Source: Vicinamibacteria bacterium
GTDB taxonomy: Bacteria > Acidobacteriota > Vicinamibacteria > Fen-336
Direction of reading: 5' to 3'
DNA: 37,167 nt
Assembly: GCA_025923995.1 (NCBI GenBank)
Contig: JAICEW010000018.1
Span: 1-37,167 of the forward strand
In this document: positions 17,586-25,648 of the stretch, one piece after another
How positions within the stretch are numbered: position 1 is the stretch's first letter
How the letters are laid out: the number at the start of each line of letters is the position of its first letter
The notes under the pieces: generated by a model
The model's input: only the letters and a program-made list of their open reading frames with translations
Told to the model about the DNA's origin: nothing
The model's database searches: none
Position numbers and translations under genes: made by a program

Positions 17586-18496
17586 GCGTGCGCTCCTGGC
17601 GGCGCGTCCGCGACCAGCTCGCGGTACAGCGCGTCGAGCCGTCCGTCCTCCGCCGTCAGCCCGCGCACCTCGACGCCCAGCGCGCGCACGGCCTCGAGAA
17701 CGCGCGGGCGGATCCCGGCCGGGCCGGGCACGACCAGCTCCTCGCCGGCCCAGGTGGCGGCCGGCGCGACCGCCCTCACCGCGACGAGCAGGCCCGCGGG
17801 GTTCGCGGCCAGTCGGAGGCGCATGACTCCGCGCTCGGACAGGCGGTCCTTCAGCTCCGTCGCGGTCAGGCGGGCCGCCAGCCGCCCGCCCACCAGCACC
17901 GCGAACCGATCGGCGAGCCGCTCGACGTCGCCCAGGTGGTGCGAGGTGAAGAGGACGGCACGGCCGTCGTGGCGCGCCCGTTCCACGATGCCGTAGAACG
18001 CGCACAGGCCGTCCGGGTCGAGGGCCGCCGTGGGCTCGTCGAGCAGGAAGACGGGCGCCTCCGCCAGCAGCGCGACCGCGAGGCCCAGGCGCTGGACCAT
18101 GCCTCCCGAGTAGGTGCCGACGGCGCGACCGCCGGCGCCGTTGAGGGAGGCGAAGCGGAGCACCTTCGTCACGCGGTCGGCCGGCGCACCGCGGAGCTTG
18201 CGGTAGAACTCGACCACCTCCGCTCCCGTGAGCGCCTCGGGGAAAGAGACCTTCTGGGGCAGGAACGAGAGCACCTCGCGCGCGGCCGCGTCCGCGGCGG
18301 GGCGGGGCGGGTCGCCGAGCAGGACGTCGCCCGAGGTCGGCCGGATGAGACCGGCGGCGGCCTTGAGCGTCGTCGTCTTGCCCGAGCCGTTGGGCCCGAG
18401 CAGTGCCACGACCTCGCCGCGCGCCACCTCCATCGAGAGGCCGTCGACGGCCAGCTGGCCGCCGAAGCGCTTCGTGAACGCGCGGTAGCGGATCAT
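17582..18496 (-). CDS. nosF: NosF, ABC transporter ATP-binding protein
   Basis: It has Walker A GPNGSGKTT, the signature YSGGMVQR and Walker B LLDEPT. The ATG overlaps the nosD stop by 4 nt. Confidence 0.85.
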   Translation of the reverse strand: MIRYRAFTKRFGGQLAVDGLSMEVARGEVVALLGPNGSGKTTTLKAAAGLIRPTSGDVLLGDPPRPAADAAAREVLSFLPQKVSFPEALTGAEVVEFYRKLRGAPADRVTKVLRFASLNGAGGRAVGTYSGGMVQRLGLAVALLAEAPVFLLDEPTAALDPDGLCAFYGIVERARHDGRAVLFTSHHLGDVERLADRFAVLVGGRLAARLTATELKDRLSERGVMRLRLAANPAGLLVAVRAVAPAATWAGEELVVPGPAGIRPRVLEAVRALGVEVRGLTAEDGRLDALYRELVADAPPGAHA

Positions 18497-19872
18497 CGCG
18501 CCCCGACTCGCATCGTCAGCGCGCCGAGGAGGGTCAGCGCGGCGGAGGCCACGAGGCCGATCGGGCTCGCGCGTCCCTCCCGCGGGCGGCTCGTCGGTAC
18601 GCGCGCCATCAGCGGCGGGCGGGCCAGCGGCTCGGGATCCTCGACCGGCACCGCGCGCAGGACGGGGAACGCGCGCTCGGCGGCGCCGATCGCGGCGGCC
18701 GCGAAGCTGTCGGCGAGCAGGTCGGCCGCGGTGAGGTTGCCGCGGAAGTGGTCGAAGACGCTCGTCAGCACGTACGGGCGGTCGCTGCGGCCGTCGCCGT
18801 CCAGGTCGGGCTCGTCGTTGCCGGACCAGTAGTTGCCGCGGAAGACGGTGTCCGTCCGGCGCGCGACCAGCTCGAGAGGGGACCGGTTGCCGACGAAGAC
18901 GTTGCCCTCGAAGCGATGGCCGCCCGCCGGGTCGTACAGGATGACCGCCACGTCCGACCCCGCGACCGCGTTGCCCTTGAGCGTGATGCGATGCGACCCC
19001 TCGATGAAGACACCGCGGGCGTTGTCGGCCACGAGGTTGTCCTCGGCCAGCACGTCGTCGCAGGTCTGGAAGAGCAGGCCGACCGACGCGAAGCCGCGGT
19101 TGCGCACGAAGCGGTTGCGCCGGAACACGATGCGCTTCGAGTACATGATGGCGGTGCCGGCCGCGCCGTTCTCGAACGTGTTGTCCTCGAACACGTTGTC
19201 GTCCGAGAACATGTAGTGCAGGCCGTAGCGCACGTCGCGCGCGGTGTTCCGCCGCAGCACGCCCCTGGAGGCGTTCTGGAGGTACAGGCCGTCGCGGACG
19301 TCCACGATCTCGTTGTCCTCGAACCGGAAGCCCTCGAGGTTGTAGGCGTGGATGCCGGATCCCTTCTCGCCGGCTTCCCTCCCGGGGATCCCGCGGATGC
19401 GGCACCGTTCGACCACCGCGCCGCTCGCCTCGCGCAGGTAGACGCCGAAGATGGCCTCCCGGATGTCGAGGTCGCGCAGCGTCGTGTCGCGCGCGGACGT
19501 GTGCACGCCGGCCGAGTCGAGCGAGAGGTCGCCCCCGCGGCGGCCGTCGATCGCGAACCCCTCGACGGTCACGCCATCGGTGCGGATGCGCACGACGCTG
19601 CCGCGTCCCGACCCCAGCAGGAGGGGCCGGCCGCGGCCGACGAGGCGCAGCGGCTTGTCGATGACGAGGTCGCCCGCGTACTCGCCTGCGGGGACCTCGA
19701 CCGTCGCGCCAGTCCCGGCGGCATCGACGAGCGGCTGGAGCGCGGAGACGTCGGCCGCGGCAGGCCTTCCTTCCTGCGCGGCCGGCGCGACCGCGGCCAT
19801 CTGGTCGGCCCTCGCGGACGCCGCGAGCAGGCACAGGGCGGCGGCGAGCGCCGCGCGCGGGACGTGGGTCAC
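18493..19872 (-). CDS. nosD: NosD, periplasmic right-handed parallel beta-helix copper-binding protein
   Basis: The signal peptide is followed by repeated NosD/parallel-beta-helix repeats (GIHAYNLEGFRFEDNEI..., GLYLQNASRGVLRRN...). GTG start lies 1 nt after the nosB-like gene stop. Confidence 0.9.
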   Translation of the reverse strand: MTHVPRAALAAALCLLAASARADQMAAVAPAAQEGRPAAADVSALQPLVDAAGTGATVEVPAGEYAGDLVIDKPLRLVGRGRPLLLGSGRGSVVRIRTDGVTVEGFAIDGRRGGDLSLDSAGVHTSARDTTLRDLDIREAIFGVYLREASGAVVERCRIRGIPGREAGEKGSGIHAYNLEGFRFEDNEIVDVRDGLYLQNASRGVLRRNTARDVRYGLHYMFSDDNVFEDNTFENGAAGTAIMYSKRIVFRRNRFVRNRGFASVGLLFQTCDDVLAEDNLVADNARGVFIEGSHRITLKGNAVAGSDVAVILYDPAGGHRFEGNVFVGNRSPLELVARRTDTVFRGNYWSGNDEPDLDGDGRSDRPYVLTSVFDHFRGNLTAADLLADSFAAAAIGAAERAFPVLRAVPVEDPEPLARPPLMARVPTSRPREGRASPIGLVASAALTLLGALTMRVGAR

Positions 19873-19873
19873 C

Positions 19874-20500
19874 TCAGGCCTCGCGGCGCCATTGGCGCCA
19901 GGCCATCGCCAGGGCGAGAAGGACGAGCACCGCCGCCGCGCCGAGCGCGTACGAGCCGAGCTGGGGATACGAGTAGACCTCGAAGTTGGCGAGCTTCTTG
20001 TACCCGAACAGCGGCGGCATGAACGGGTCCACGCGCACCGCCGCCTTGGGGTCGAGCTGGTGGCCGTACTGGTACATCTTGTAGGCGAAGGACCACAGCG
20101 CGAACAGGGAGAAGTAGAAGTACAGGACCGCCACGTCGACCAGGTGCGACGCCTTGCCCATCACCGCGGCCCTCAGGAACAGCAGCCCGATGATCCCGAT
20201 CACGAAGGGGAGCCACTTGAACTCGGTGAAGTCCTCCGTCACGAGGTCCTTCATCCCGATGTAGTGGTTGAGGACGTTGATCTCCTTCACGTCCTGGTTG
20301 TCGTTGCCCCCCTGGAGCTTGTAGCTGTAGATGTCGAGGCGCAGGCCGTCCTGGTACTGCGGCGCGAACATCGTCATGTTGTAGAGCGGCGCCACGTAGG
20401 CCGGCGCCAGGCACAGGAAGGCGAGCGCCAGCAGCACCCGCGGCGCCACGTCCAGGGGCGCGTCCAGGAAACGGTTCACCTTTTCGAGCGACCGGCGCAC
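19874..20500 (-). CDS. nosB: NosB-like integral membrane protein (clade II nos clusters)
   Basis: The 208-aa protein has several predicted TM helices. It lies immediately downstream of nosZ, as in clade II clusters. GTG start is preceded by GGAGGTG 4 nt upstream. Confidence 0.6.
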   Translation of the reverse strand: MRRSLEKVNRFLDAPLDVAPRVLLALAFLCLAPAYVAPLYNMTMFAPQYQDGLRLDIYSYKLQGGNDNQDVKEINVLNHYIGMKDLVTEDFTEFKWLPFVIGIIGLLFLRAAVMGKASHLVDVAVLYFYFSLFALWSFAYKMYQYGHQLDPKAAVRVDPFMPPLFGYKKLANFEVYSYPQLGSYALGAAAVLVLLALAMAWRQWRREA

Positions 20501-20525
20501 ATGTCACCTCCGGCGGGCAACGAAT

Positions 20526-20545
20526 GGGGTGCGACGCCGCACCCC
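20526..20545 (-). other. Hairpin GGGGTGCG-ACGC-CGCACCCC in the nosZ-nosB spacer
   Basis: The perfect 8-bp stem was read from the sequence. No U-run follows it. Confidence 0.45.
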
Positions 20546-20602
20546 GGCCCGAACCACGGACACGCGGCGAAGCGGGATCCACTCCCGCGAGCCGCGGGGG
20601 GG

Positions 20603-20632
20603 TCTGGGGGGTGCGGCGCAGCACCCCCCAGA
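20603..20632 (-). other. Hairpin TCTGGGGGGTGC-GGCGCA-GCACCCCCCAGA beginning 1 nt after the nosZ stop codon
   Basis: The perfect 12-bp stem was read from the sequence. It may be an intra-operon attenuator or mRNA-stabilising structure. Confidence 0.5.
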
Positions 20633-20633
20633 C

Positions 20634-22490
20634 TCAACGGACGATCAGGTAGCCCTGCATCTCCTGATGCAGCGCCGAGCAGAAGTTCGTGCAGTAGTAG
20701 GGGAAGACGCCCTTCTTCTTCGCCTTGAAGGTGACGGTCTTCGTCTCGCCCGGGTCCACGACGATGTTGATGTTGTAGTCGAGCAGCCCGAAGCCGTGCA
20801 GCTCGTCGGTGGTCTGCTCGATGTTGGTGATGGCGACCGTGACGTCGTCGCCTTCCTTGATCTCGAAGTCCGTGGGCGTGATGGTCGACCGCACCGTGAT
20901 CATCTTCACCAGCACCTTGCTGCCGGTGCGGGTGACGCCGGCGTCCTTCACGTCCCAGATGGCGTGGGGGTGCTTGTTCTCCTCCTTGGGGTACACCTCG
21001 ATGGGCTTGATCTTGTCCGCCTTGATGATCTGCGCGTAGTGCGGCTCGGGCTCGGTGAAGAAATCGAGCAGGAGCTTCATCTTCTCCTCGCTGATGTCCA
21101 CGAGCTGGGACGCCTCGGGCTGCGAGGGGCCGACCGACAGGTGCCGGCCGTGCGACAGCTTGTTGAGGCCGACCAGGTACTTCCCGTCGGGGCTCACGGT
21201 GTCGCCCTCGGCCGCGGTCAGGTGGCCGATGGAGTAGGACATCGGCACCTTGTCCACCACCTCCCAGCTCCCCAGCTTCCACTTGGCGATCGCGCTGTCC
21301 ACGAACAGCGAGGTGTAGGCGAAGCCGTCCGGACCGAACTGGGTGTGAAGCGGGCCGAGGCCGACCGGCACCTCGGCGTCCTTGATGGACTCGTACTTGA
21401 GGACGGGGATGCCGTCCTCGTCGCCGGAGAAGTCCTTGTTGCGCATCGCGGTCTGGACCTTCTCCCAGTTGAACGCGGTGGTGACGCCCTGCAGCTTGCC
21501 CGACCCGATGATGTACTTGCCGTCGGGCGCGACGTCGACGCCGTGCGGCGACTTGCCGCAGGGCATGAAGTACACGAGGCCGGGGTGCTTGGCGGGGTCG
21601 ATCACCTTCACGCCGCCGATCGCCTGCCCTTCGCCCTTCGCCGCCAGCTGCTCGGCCATCCTCCAGTCGACGGCGGCGATGTAGTCGCGGTCCTTCTGGG
21701 CGGAGGTGACCTCCAGCTTCCCGGTGGCGCGCTCGGTGTTGTACGAGGTGAAGAAGACCCAGCCGTCCGACACCTTCTTGCCGGCGTCGCCCAGGTCGTA
21801 GTCGAAGGGCGGCATCAGGATCTGCCACCCGATCGACATCGCGCCCGTGTTGGGGTCGATCTTGATCCCCGTCACGACGCCCTTGTAGTCGCTCGCGTAC
21901 TTCGCGACCTCGACCGCGGTGCCCTTGGGGATGGGGATCGAGAAGCGCGAGGCCATCACCGAGTACTCGGTGTTGGGCGTGACGAAGGCCGAGCCGTGGT
22001 TCCCCGACACGTTCGGCACGGGGCCGATGATCTGCTTCGTCTTGAAGTCGCGCAGGTCCACGCGGGCGACGCGGCCGTTCATCTCGTTCACGAACATCCA
22101 GCGGCCGTCGTAGTCCCCGTTCGTCTCCGACAGCGCGGGGTGGTGCACGTCGCCCCAGGTGAGGTCGCCCAGCATCGCCTTCGACTCGTCGTCGAAGCCG
22201 TAGCCGGTGGCCGGGTAGGGCGTGAAGACGGGGATGGTCGAGATGTGCCGGCCCGAGGGCAGGCCGTACACGTACATCTGGCCGGAGTGGCCGCCGGACG
22301 CGAACAGGTAGTACTCGTCGAGGTCGCCGGGGGCCACGTAGACCTTCATGGCCGCGTTGGCCACGTCGGACACGACGGCGCCCTTCTTGGAGCCCTTGGG
22401 AGCGCTGGGGGCGCAACGCGCCTGCAGGAGCCCGGCCGCGGCGATCCCGGCCAGCGTCGCGAGGACGGTGCCGGCACGTCTCGTCTTCAT
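20634..22490 (-). CDS. nosZ: Nitrous-oxide reductase NosZ, clade II (Sec-dependent) type
   Basis: It has the C-terminal CuA motif CTNFCSALHQEMQGY and the seven-bladed propeller CuZ-domain His pattern. The Sec-type signal (MKTRRAGTVLATLAGIAAAGLLQA) is not Tat. GAAGGAGG lies 5 nt upstream of the ATG at 22490. Confidence 0.95.
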   Translation of the reverse strand: MKTRRAGTVLATLAGIAAAGLLQARCAPSAPKGSKKGAVVSDVANAAMKVYVAPGDLDEYYLFASGGHSGQMYVYGLPSGRHISTIPVFTPYPATGYGFDDESKAMLGDLTWGDVHHPALSETNGDYDGRWMFVNEMNGRVARVDLRDFKTKQIIGPVPNVSGNHGSAFVTPNTEYSVMASRFSIPIPKGTAVEVAKYASDYKGVVTGIKIDPNTGAMSIGWQILMPPFDYDLGDAGKKVSDGWVFFTSYNTERATGKLEVTSAQKDRDYIAAVDWRMAEQLAAKGEGQAIGGVKVIDPAKHPGLVYFMPCGKSPHGVDVAPDGKYIIGSGKLQGVTTAFNWEKVQTAMRNKDFSGDEDGIPVLKYESIKDAEVPVGLGPLHTQFGPDGFAYTSLFVDSAIAKWKLGSWEVVDKVPMSYSIGHLTAAEGDTVSPDGKYLVGLNKLSHGRHLSVGPSQPEASQLVDISEEKMKLLLDFFTEPEPHYAQIIKADKIKPIEVYPKEENKHPHAIWDVKDAGVTRTGSKVLVKMITVRSTITPTDFEIKEGDDVTVAITNIEQTTDELHGFGLLDYNINIVVDPGETKTVTFKAKKKGVFPYYCTNFCSALHQEMQGYLIVR

Positions 22491-22512
22491 GATTGCCTCC
22501 TTCAAGGCGTCG

Positions 22513-23763
22513 CTACCTCTGCCGGCTCTCGATCACCTGGCCGGGGTTCTTCTGCGGCTCGCTGGCCGCGATCCTCTGGTGCTCGGCGAACGCCTCGCGC
22601 AGCCGGGCGACCGCCGCCGCCTTCTCCTCCGGGGTGAGCACGATCTGGCGCGAGAGCACGACCTGCATGGTCCCGGTCGGCTTGTCGAGGAAGTCGTCCA
22701 GCGTGCGGCCGAAGCGGGTCTGGACGTCCTCGACGGCGGTGGAGAGGTCCGGGCCGATCTGCGCCGGGCTCTTCACCCCGTACACGGACACCGAGTGGCA
22801 CACGAAGCAGCCGGTCTTGACGAACCACGCGCCCGGCCCCTCGCGCATGCGCTTGTCCTGCTCCTTCTCCTCGACGGTCTGCGGATCGGTGCGCGGCACG
22901 CCCGGCACCAGCGAGGCAGGCACCGGCGCCTTGCGCCAGGACTGCACGAGCATCGCCAGGGCCTGCGCGTCCTTCGTGGTGAAGTGGAAGTTCGGCATCA
23001 CCGTGTCCTGGACGAGCGCGCGGGGATCCTTGAAGTGCGCGACGTGCCACGCGAAGCTCGACTTCTGGCCCGAAAGGCGCCCGTATTCGTACTGCTCCGC
23101 GGGTTTGTCGCCCGCGTTCGTGAGGTCGGGCCCGATGGTCCCGCCCCGCCCGTTGATCACGTGGCAGGCGCGGCAGCCCTTGTCCTGCACGAGCCGCTTG
23201 GCGTGGTTGATGAACTCGGCGCCCTTCGTCTCCCGGTCGTAGCGATGGCAGACGTTGCAGTTGGACTGCATGAGCGCGCCCTTGTCCTCGACGATCGAGT
23301 AGGCCTCGCCCATTGCCCTGCCGAGCAGCGGCTCCTCCCAGAAGTGCACGGGCCCGTGGGCGGGCTCCATGTCCACGGCGTAGCCCTGCCCGCCGTGGCA
23401 GGAGGTGCAGCCGTGGACCTCGGGCGGATGGGTGCGCAGGATCTCCTGCGGGTGGGTCTTGAAGGGATGCTCCGCGGACTCGAACCCCTTCCAGTTGGTC
23501 GCCTGGTGGCACGTGACGCAGCGGTCGGCGCGGCCCATCGACGAGACCCAGATCTGCTGCATCCCGGAGGGGACCGTCCTGGCCTTGTCGGCCCCGTACT
23601 TCTCGGCGACGAGCCGCTTGAACTCGGCCTGGTACCAGCGCCATTCGTGCTCGCGGTCGTTGCGGAGGAACAGCACGGTCGCGGCCACGAGCAGGAGTCC
23701 GATGACGGCCAGGACCGGCCGGTCCAGCCGCGGGTAGGGCGAGTCGGTGCGCTTCTCCGTCAT
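22513..23763 (-). CDS. Membrane-anchored pentaheme c-type cytochrome
   Basis: It has five CxxCH motifs (CVTCH, CTSCH, CNVCH, CRACH, CFVCH) and an N-terminal TM helix. GAGAGG lies 6 nt upstream of the ATG. Confidence 0.85.
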   Translation of the reverse strand: MTEKRTDSPYPRLDRPVLAVIGLLLVAATVLFLRNDREHEWRWYQAEFKRLVAEKYGADKARTVPSGMQQIWVSSMGRADRCVTCHQATNWKGFESAEHPFKTHPQEILRTHPPEVHGCTSCHGGQGYAVDMEPAHGPVHFWEEPLLGRAMGEAYSIVEDKGALMQSNCNVCHRYDRETKGAEFINHAKRLVQDKGCRACHVINGRGGTIGPDLTNAGDKPAEQYEYGRLSGQKSSFAWHVAHFKDPRALVQDTVMPNFHFTTKDAQALAMLVQSWRKAPVPASLVPGVPRTDPQTVEEKEQDKRMREGPGAWFVKTGCFVCHSVSVYGVKSPAQIGPDLSTAVEDVQTRFGRTLDDFLDKPTGTMQVVLSRQIVLTPEEKAAAVARLREAFAEHQRIAASEPQKNPGQVIESRQR

Positions 23764-23776
23764 TTCTCGCCTCTCA

Positions 23777-25126
23777 TCAGATCCTCGTGGGCAGCTCGGG
23801 CCAGGCCTGCCAGGGCCAGAAGAACTGCCAGGACGGGCCGCGCATGAAGGTGCCGACGATCGTGAGCGCCACCACGACGAGCACGATCAGGAGGAAGACG
23901 AGGTTCTGCCGGCGCCGGCTGCCGTGGAACCAGACGCCCGCGGCCTCGCCGCGCGAGCGGTCGATCCAGGGCCAGGCGGCCAGCAGCCCGACGAGGAGGC
24001 CGGGCAGGATCACGCCGCCCAGGAAGGCGCCGTTGACGGTGAAGCCGCCCACCGTGAACGTGGTGTCCGTCACGATCTCCTGCAGCCAGAGGAAGTACCA
24101 GGGCGCCTTGGCCGGGTTCGGGGTGACCAGCGGGTTCGCCGGCTCCTCCAGCGGCGAGCGCACGAGCGACGCCAGGACGCTGATCACCGCGAAGGTGCCC
24201 AGCACCGCGACCGCGGCGCGCCGCACGAGGTCGGGGACCGCGTTCACGGTCAGGTCGCGCGCTTCCAGGGTGGACGTGCGGATGGTGGGCGCGGTGCCGC
24301 GCGCGACGCCCAGCAGCGTGTAGGTCTTGCTGCGCACGGGCTCGTCGGCCGCCTTCTCGCGGGCGGTCGCCACGCGGTCCGCCCTGGCCAGCCCGCCGTC
24401 CTTGCGCACCCGCCACATGTGGTACGCGAACAGCGCGCCCAGCGCGGCGGGGAGGAAGATCACGTGCAGCGCGTAGAAGCGGATCAGCGTGGGCTGGTCG
24501 ATGTTGCGGCCGCCGATCATCAGCTCCCGCACCTGCGGGCCGATCCAGGGGATGGAGGCGGCGATGTTGGTGCCGACCGTCACCGCCCAGTAGGCGAGCT
24601 GGTCCCAGGGCAGCAGGTAGCCGGTGAACGAGAGGAAGAGCGTCAGCAGGAGCATGGCCACGCCGATCACCCAGTTCCACTCGCGCTGCTGGCCGCGCCC
24701 CGCGCCGTTCTTGTAGGCGCCGGTCAGGAACACGCGGACGAGGTGCAGGAAGACGGCGGCGACCATCAGGTGCGCGGACAGGCGGTGGACCGAGCGGATC
24801 CAGGAGCCGAAGGTCACCACCCACTCGATGTCCTTGACCGACCCGTAGGCCCGCTCGACCGAGGGCACGTAGAGGAAGAGCAGCGGCAGGCCCGAGACCA
24901 CGAGCAGCAGGAGGAGCGCGGCGCTGATGGTCCCGAGCCAGTACGAGTAGGTCCAGTCGAGCGACGGCTTGAACACCTTGGCCGGGAACCAGTGCAGGAG
25001 GAAGTTGGAGACGACGGCGTCGCCTGCCTCCCGGTCGGATCGCGGCCGCAGGCTCCACAGCCGCTTCGGGTGCACGCCCGGCGCGGCGGGCGCCGCCGGG
25101 GTCGCCGGTTTCGCGAGAGTGGCCAT
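23777..25126 (-). CDS. Cytochrome b (bc-complex type, fused b6/subunit-IV-like)
   Basis: It carries conserved cytochrome b helices with heme-ligating His (VHRLSAH..LHLVRVFLTGAY; YALHVIFLPAALGALFAYHMW). GAGGAGGAGGAG lies upstream of the ATG. Confidence 0.9.
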   Translation of the reverse strand: MATLAKPATPAAPAAPGVHPKRLWSLRPRSDREAGDAVVSNFLLHWFPAKVFKPSLDWTYSYWLGTISAALLLLLVVSGLPLLFLYVPSVERAYGSVKDIEWVVTFGSWIRSVHRLSAHLMVAAVFLHLVRVFLTGAYKNGAGRGQQREWNWVIGVAMLLLTLFLSFTGYLLPWDQLAYWAVTVGTNIAASIPWIGPQVRELMIGGRNIDQPTLIRFYALHVIFLPAALGALFAYHMWRVRKDGGLARADRVATAREKAADEPVRSKTYTLLGVARGTAPTIRTSTLEARDLTVNAVPDLVRRAAVAVLGTFAVISVLASLVRSPLEEPANPLVTPNPAKAPWYFLWLQEIVTDTTFTVGGFTVNGAFLGGVILPGLLVGLLAAWPWIDRSRGEAAGVWFHGSRRRQNLVFLLIVLVVVALTIVGTFMRGPSWQFFWPWQAWPELPTRI

Positions 25127-25138
25127 CGCTCCTCCTCC

Positions 25139-25648
25139 TCAGGCCGTGGTGAGACGGAAGTCGCGGCCGACCTCCTGCGCGAGGTCGACCACGAGCTGGC
25201 CGTCGTCGGGGGAGACGCTCAGGTGGAACCACAAGAGCGGCCGCGGAGCCGGTCCGGACACGACCTTGCCGTCCCCGGTGTACTTCGAGCCGTGGCAGGG
25301 ACACGCGAAGCGATGCGTCACGCGCAGCTGCGCGCCGCCGACCTCCACCGTCTCGGGCTGGGGCAGCGCCTCCGCGCGGACGGTGCAGCCGAGGTGGGTG
25401 CACACGGCGGACACCGCGTGGAACACCTTGCCCTCGCGGAACACGAACAGCCGCTGCTCGGGCAGGAACTTCATCCCGTCCGGGAAGTCGGCCGGCAGCC
25501 CGACCTTGACGGTGGTGGGCGCGTCGTAGGACACGTTGGGCAGCAGCGAGCGCAGCGAGGCCGCGGCCTGGGTGCCGATGCCGACGCCGCCCGCGCCGAT
25601 GCCGAGCTTCACGAGGAAGTCCCGGCGGTTCTTCTGCTCTCGGCTCAT
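25139..25648 (-). CDS. Rieske [2Fe-2S] protein with Tat signal
   Basis: The Tat motif is NRRDFLVKLGIGA. The Rieske boxes are CTHLGC and CPCHGS. The ATG overlaps the upstream gene's stop (ATGA). Confidence 0.9.
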   Translation of the reverse strand: MSREQKNRRDFLVKLGIGAGGVGIGTQAAASLRSLLPNVSYDAPTTVKVGLPADFPDGMKFLPEQRLFVFREGKVFHAVSAVCTHLGCTVRAEALPQPETVEVGGAQLRVTHRFACPCHGSKYTGDGKVVSGPAPRPLLWFHLSVSPDDGQLVVDLAQEVGRDFRLTTA

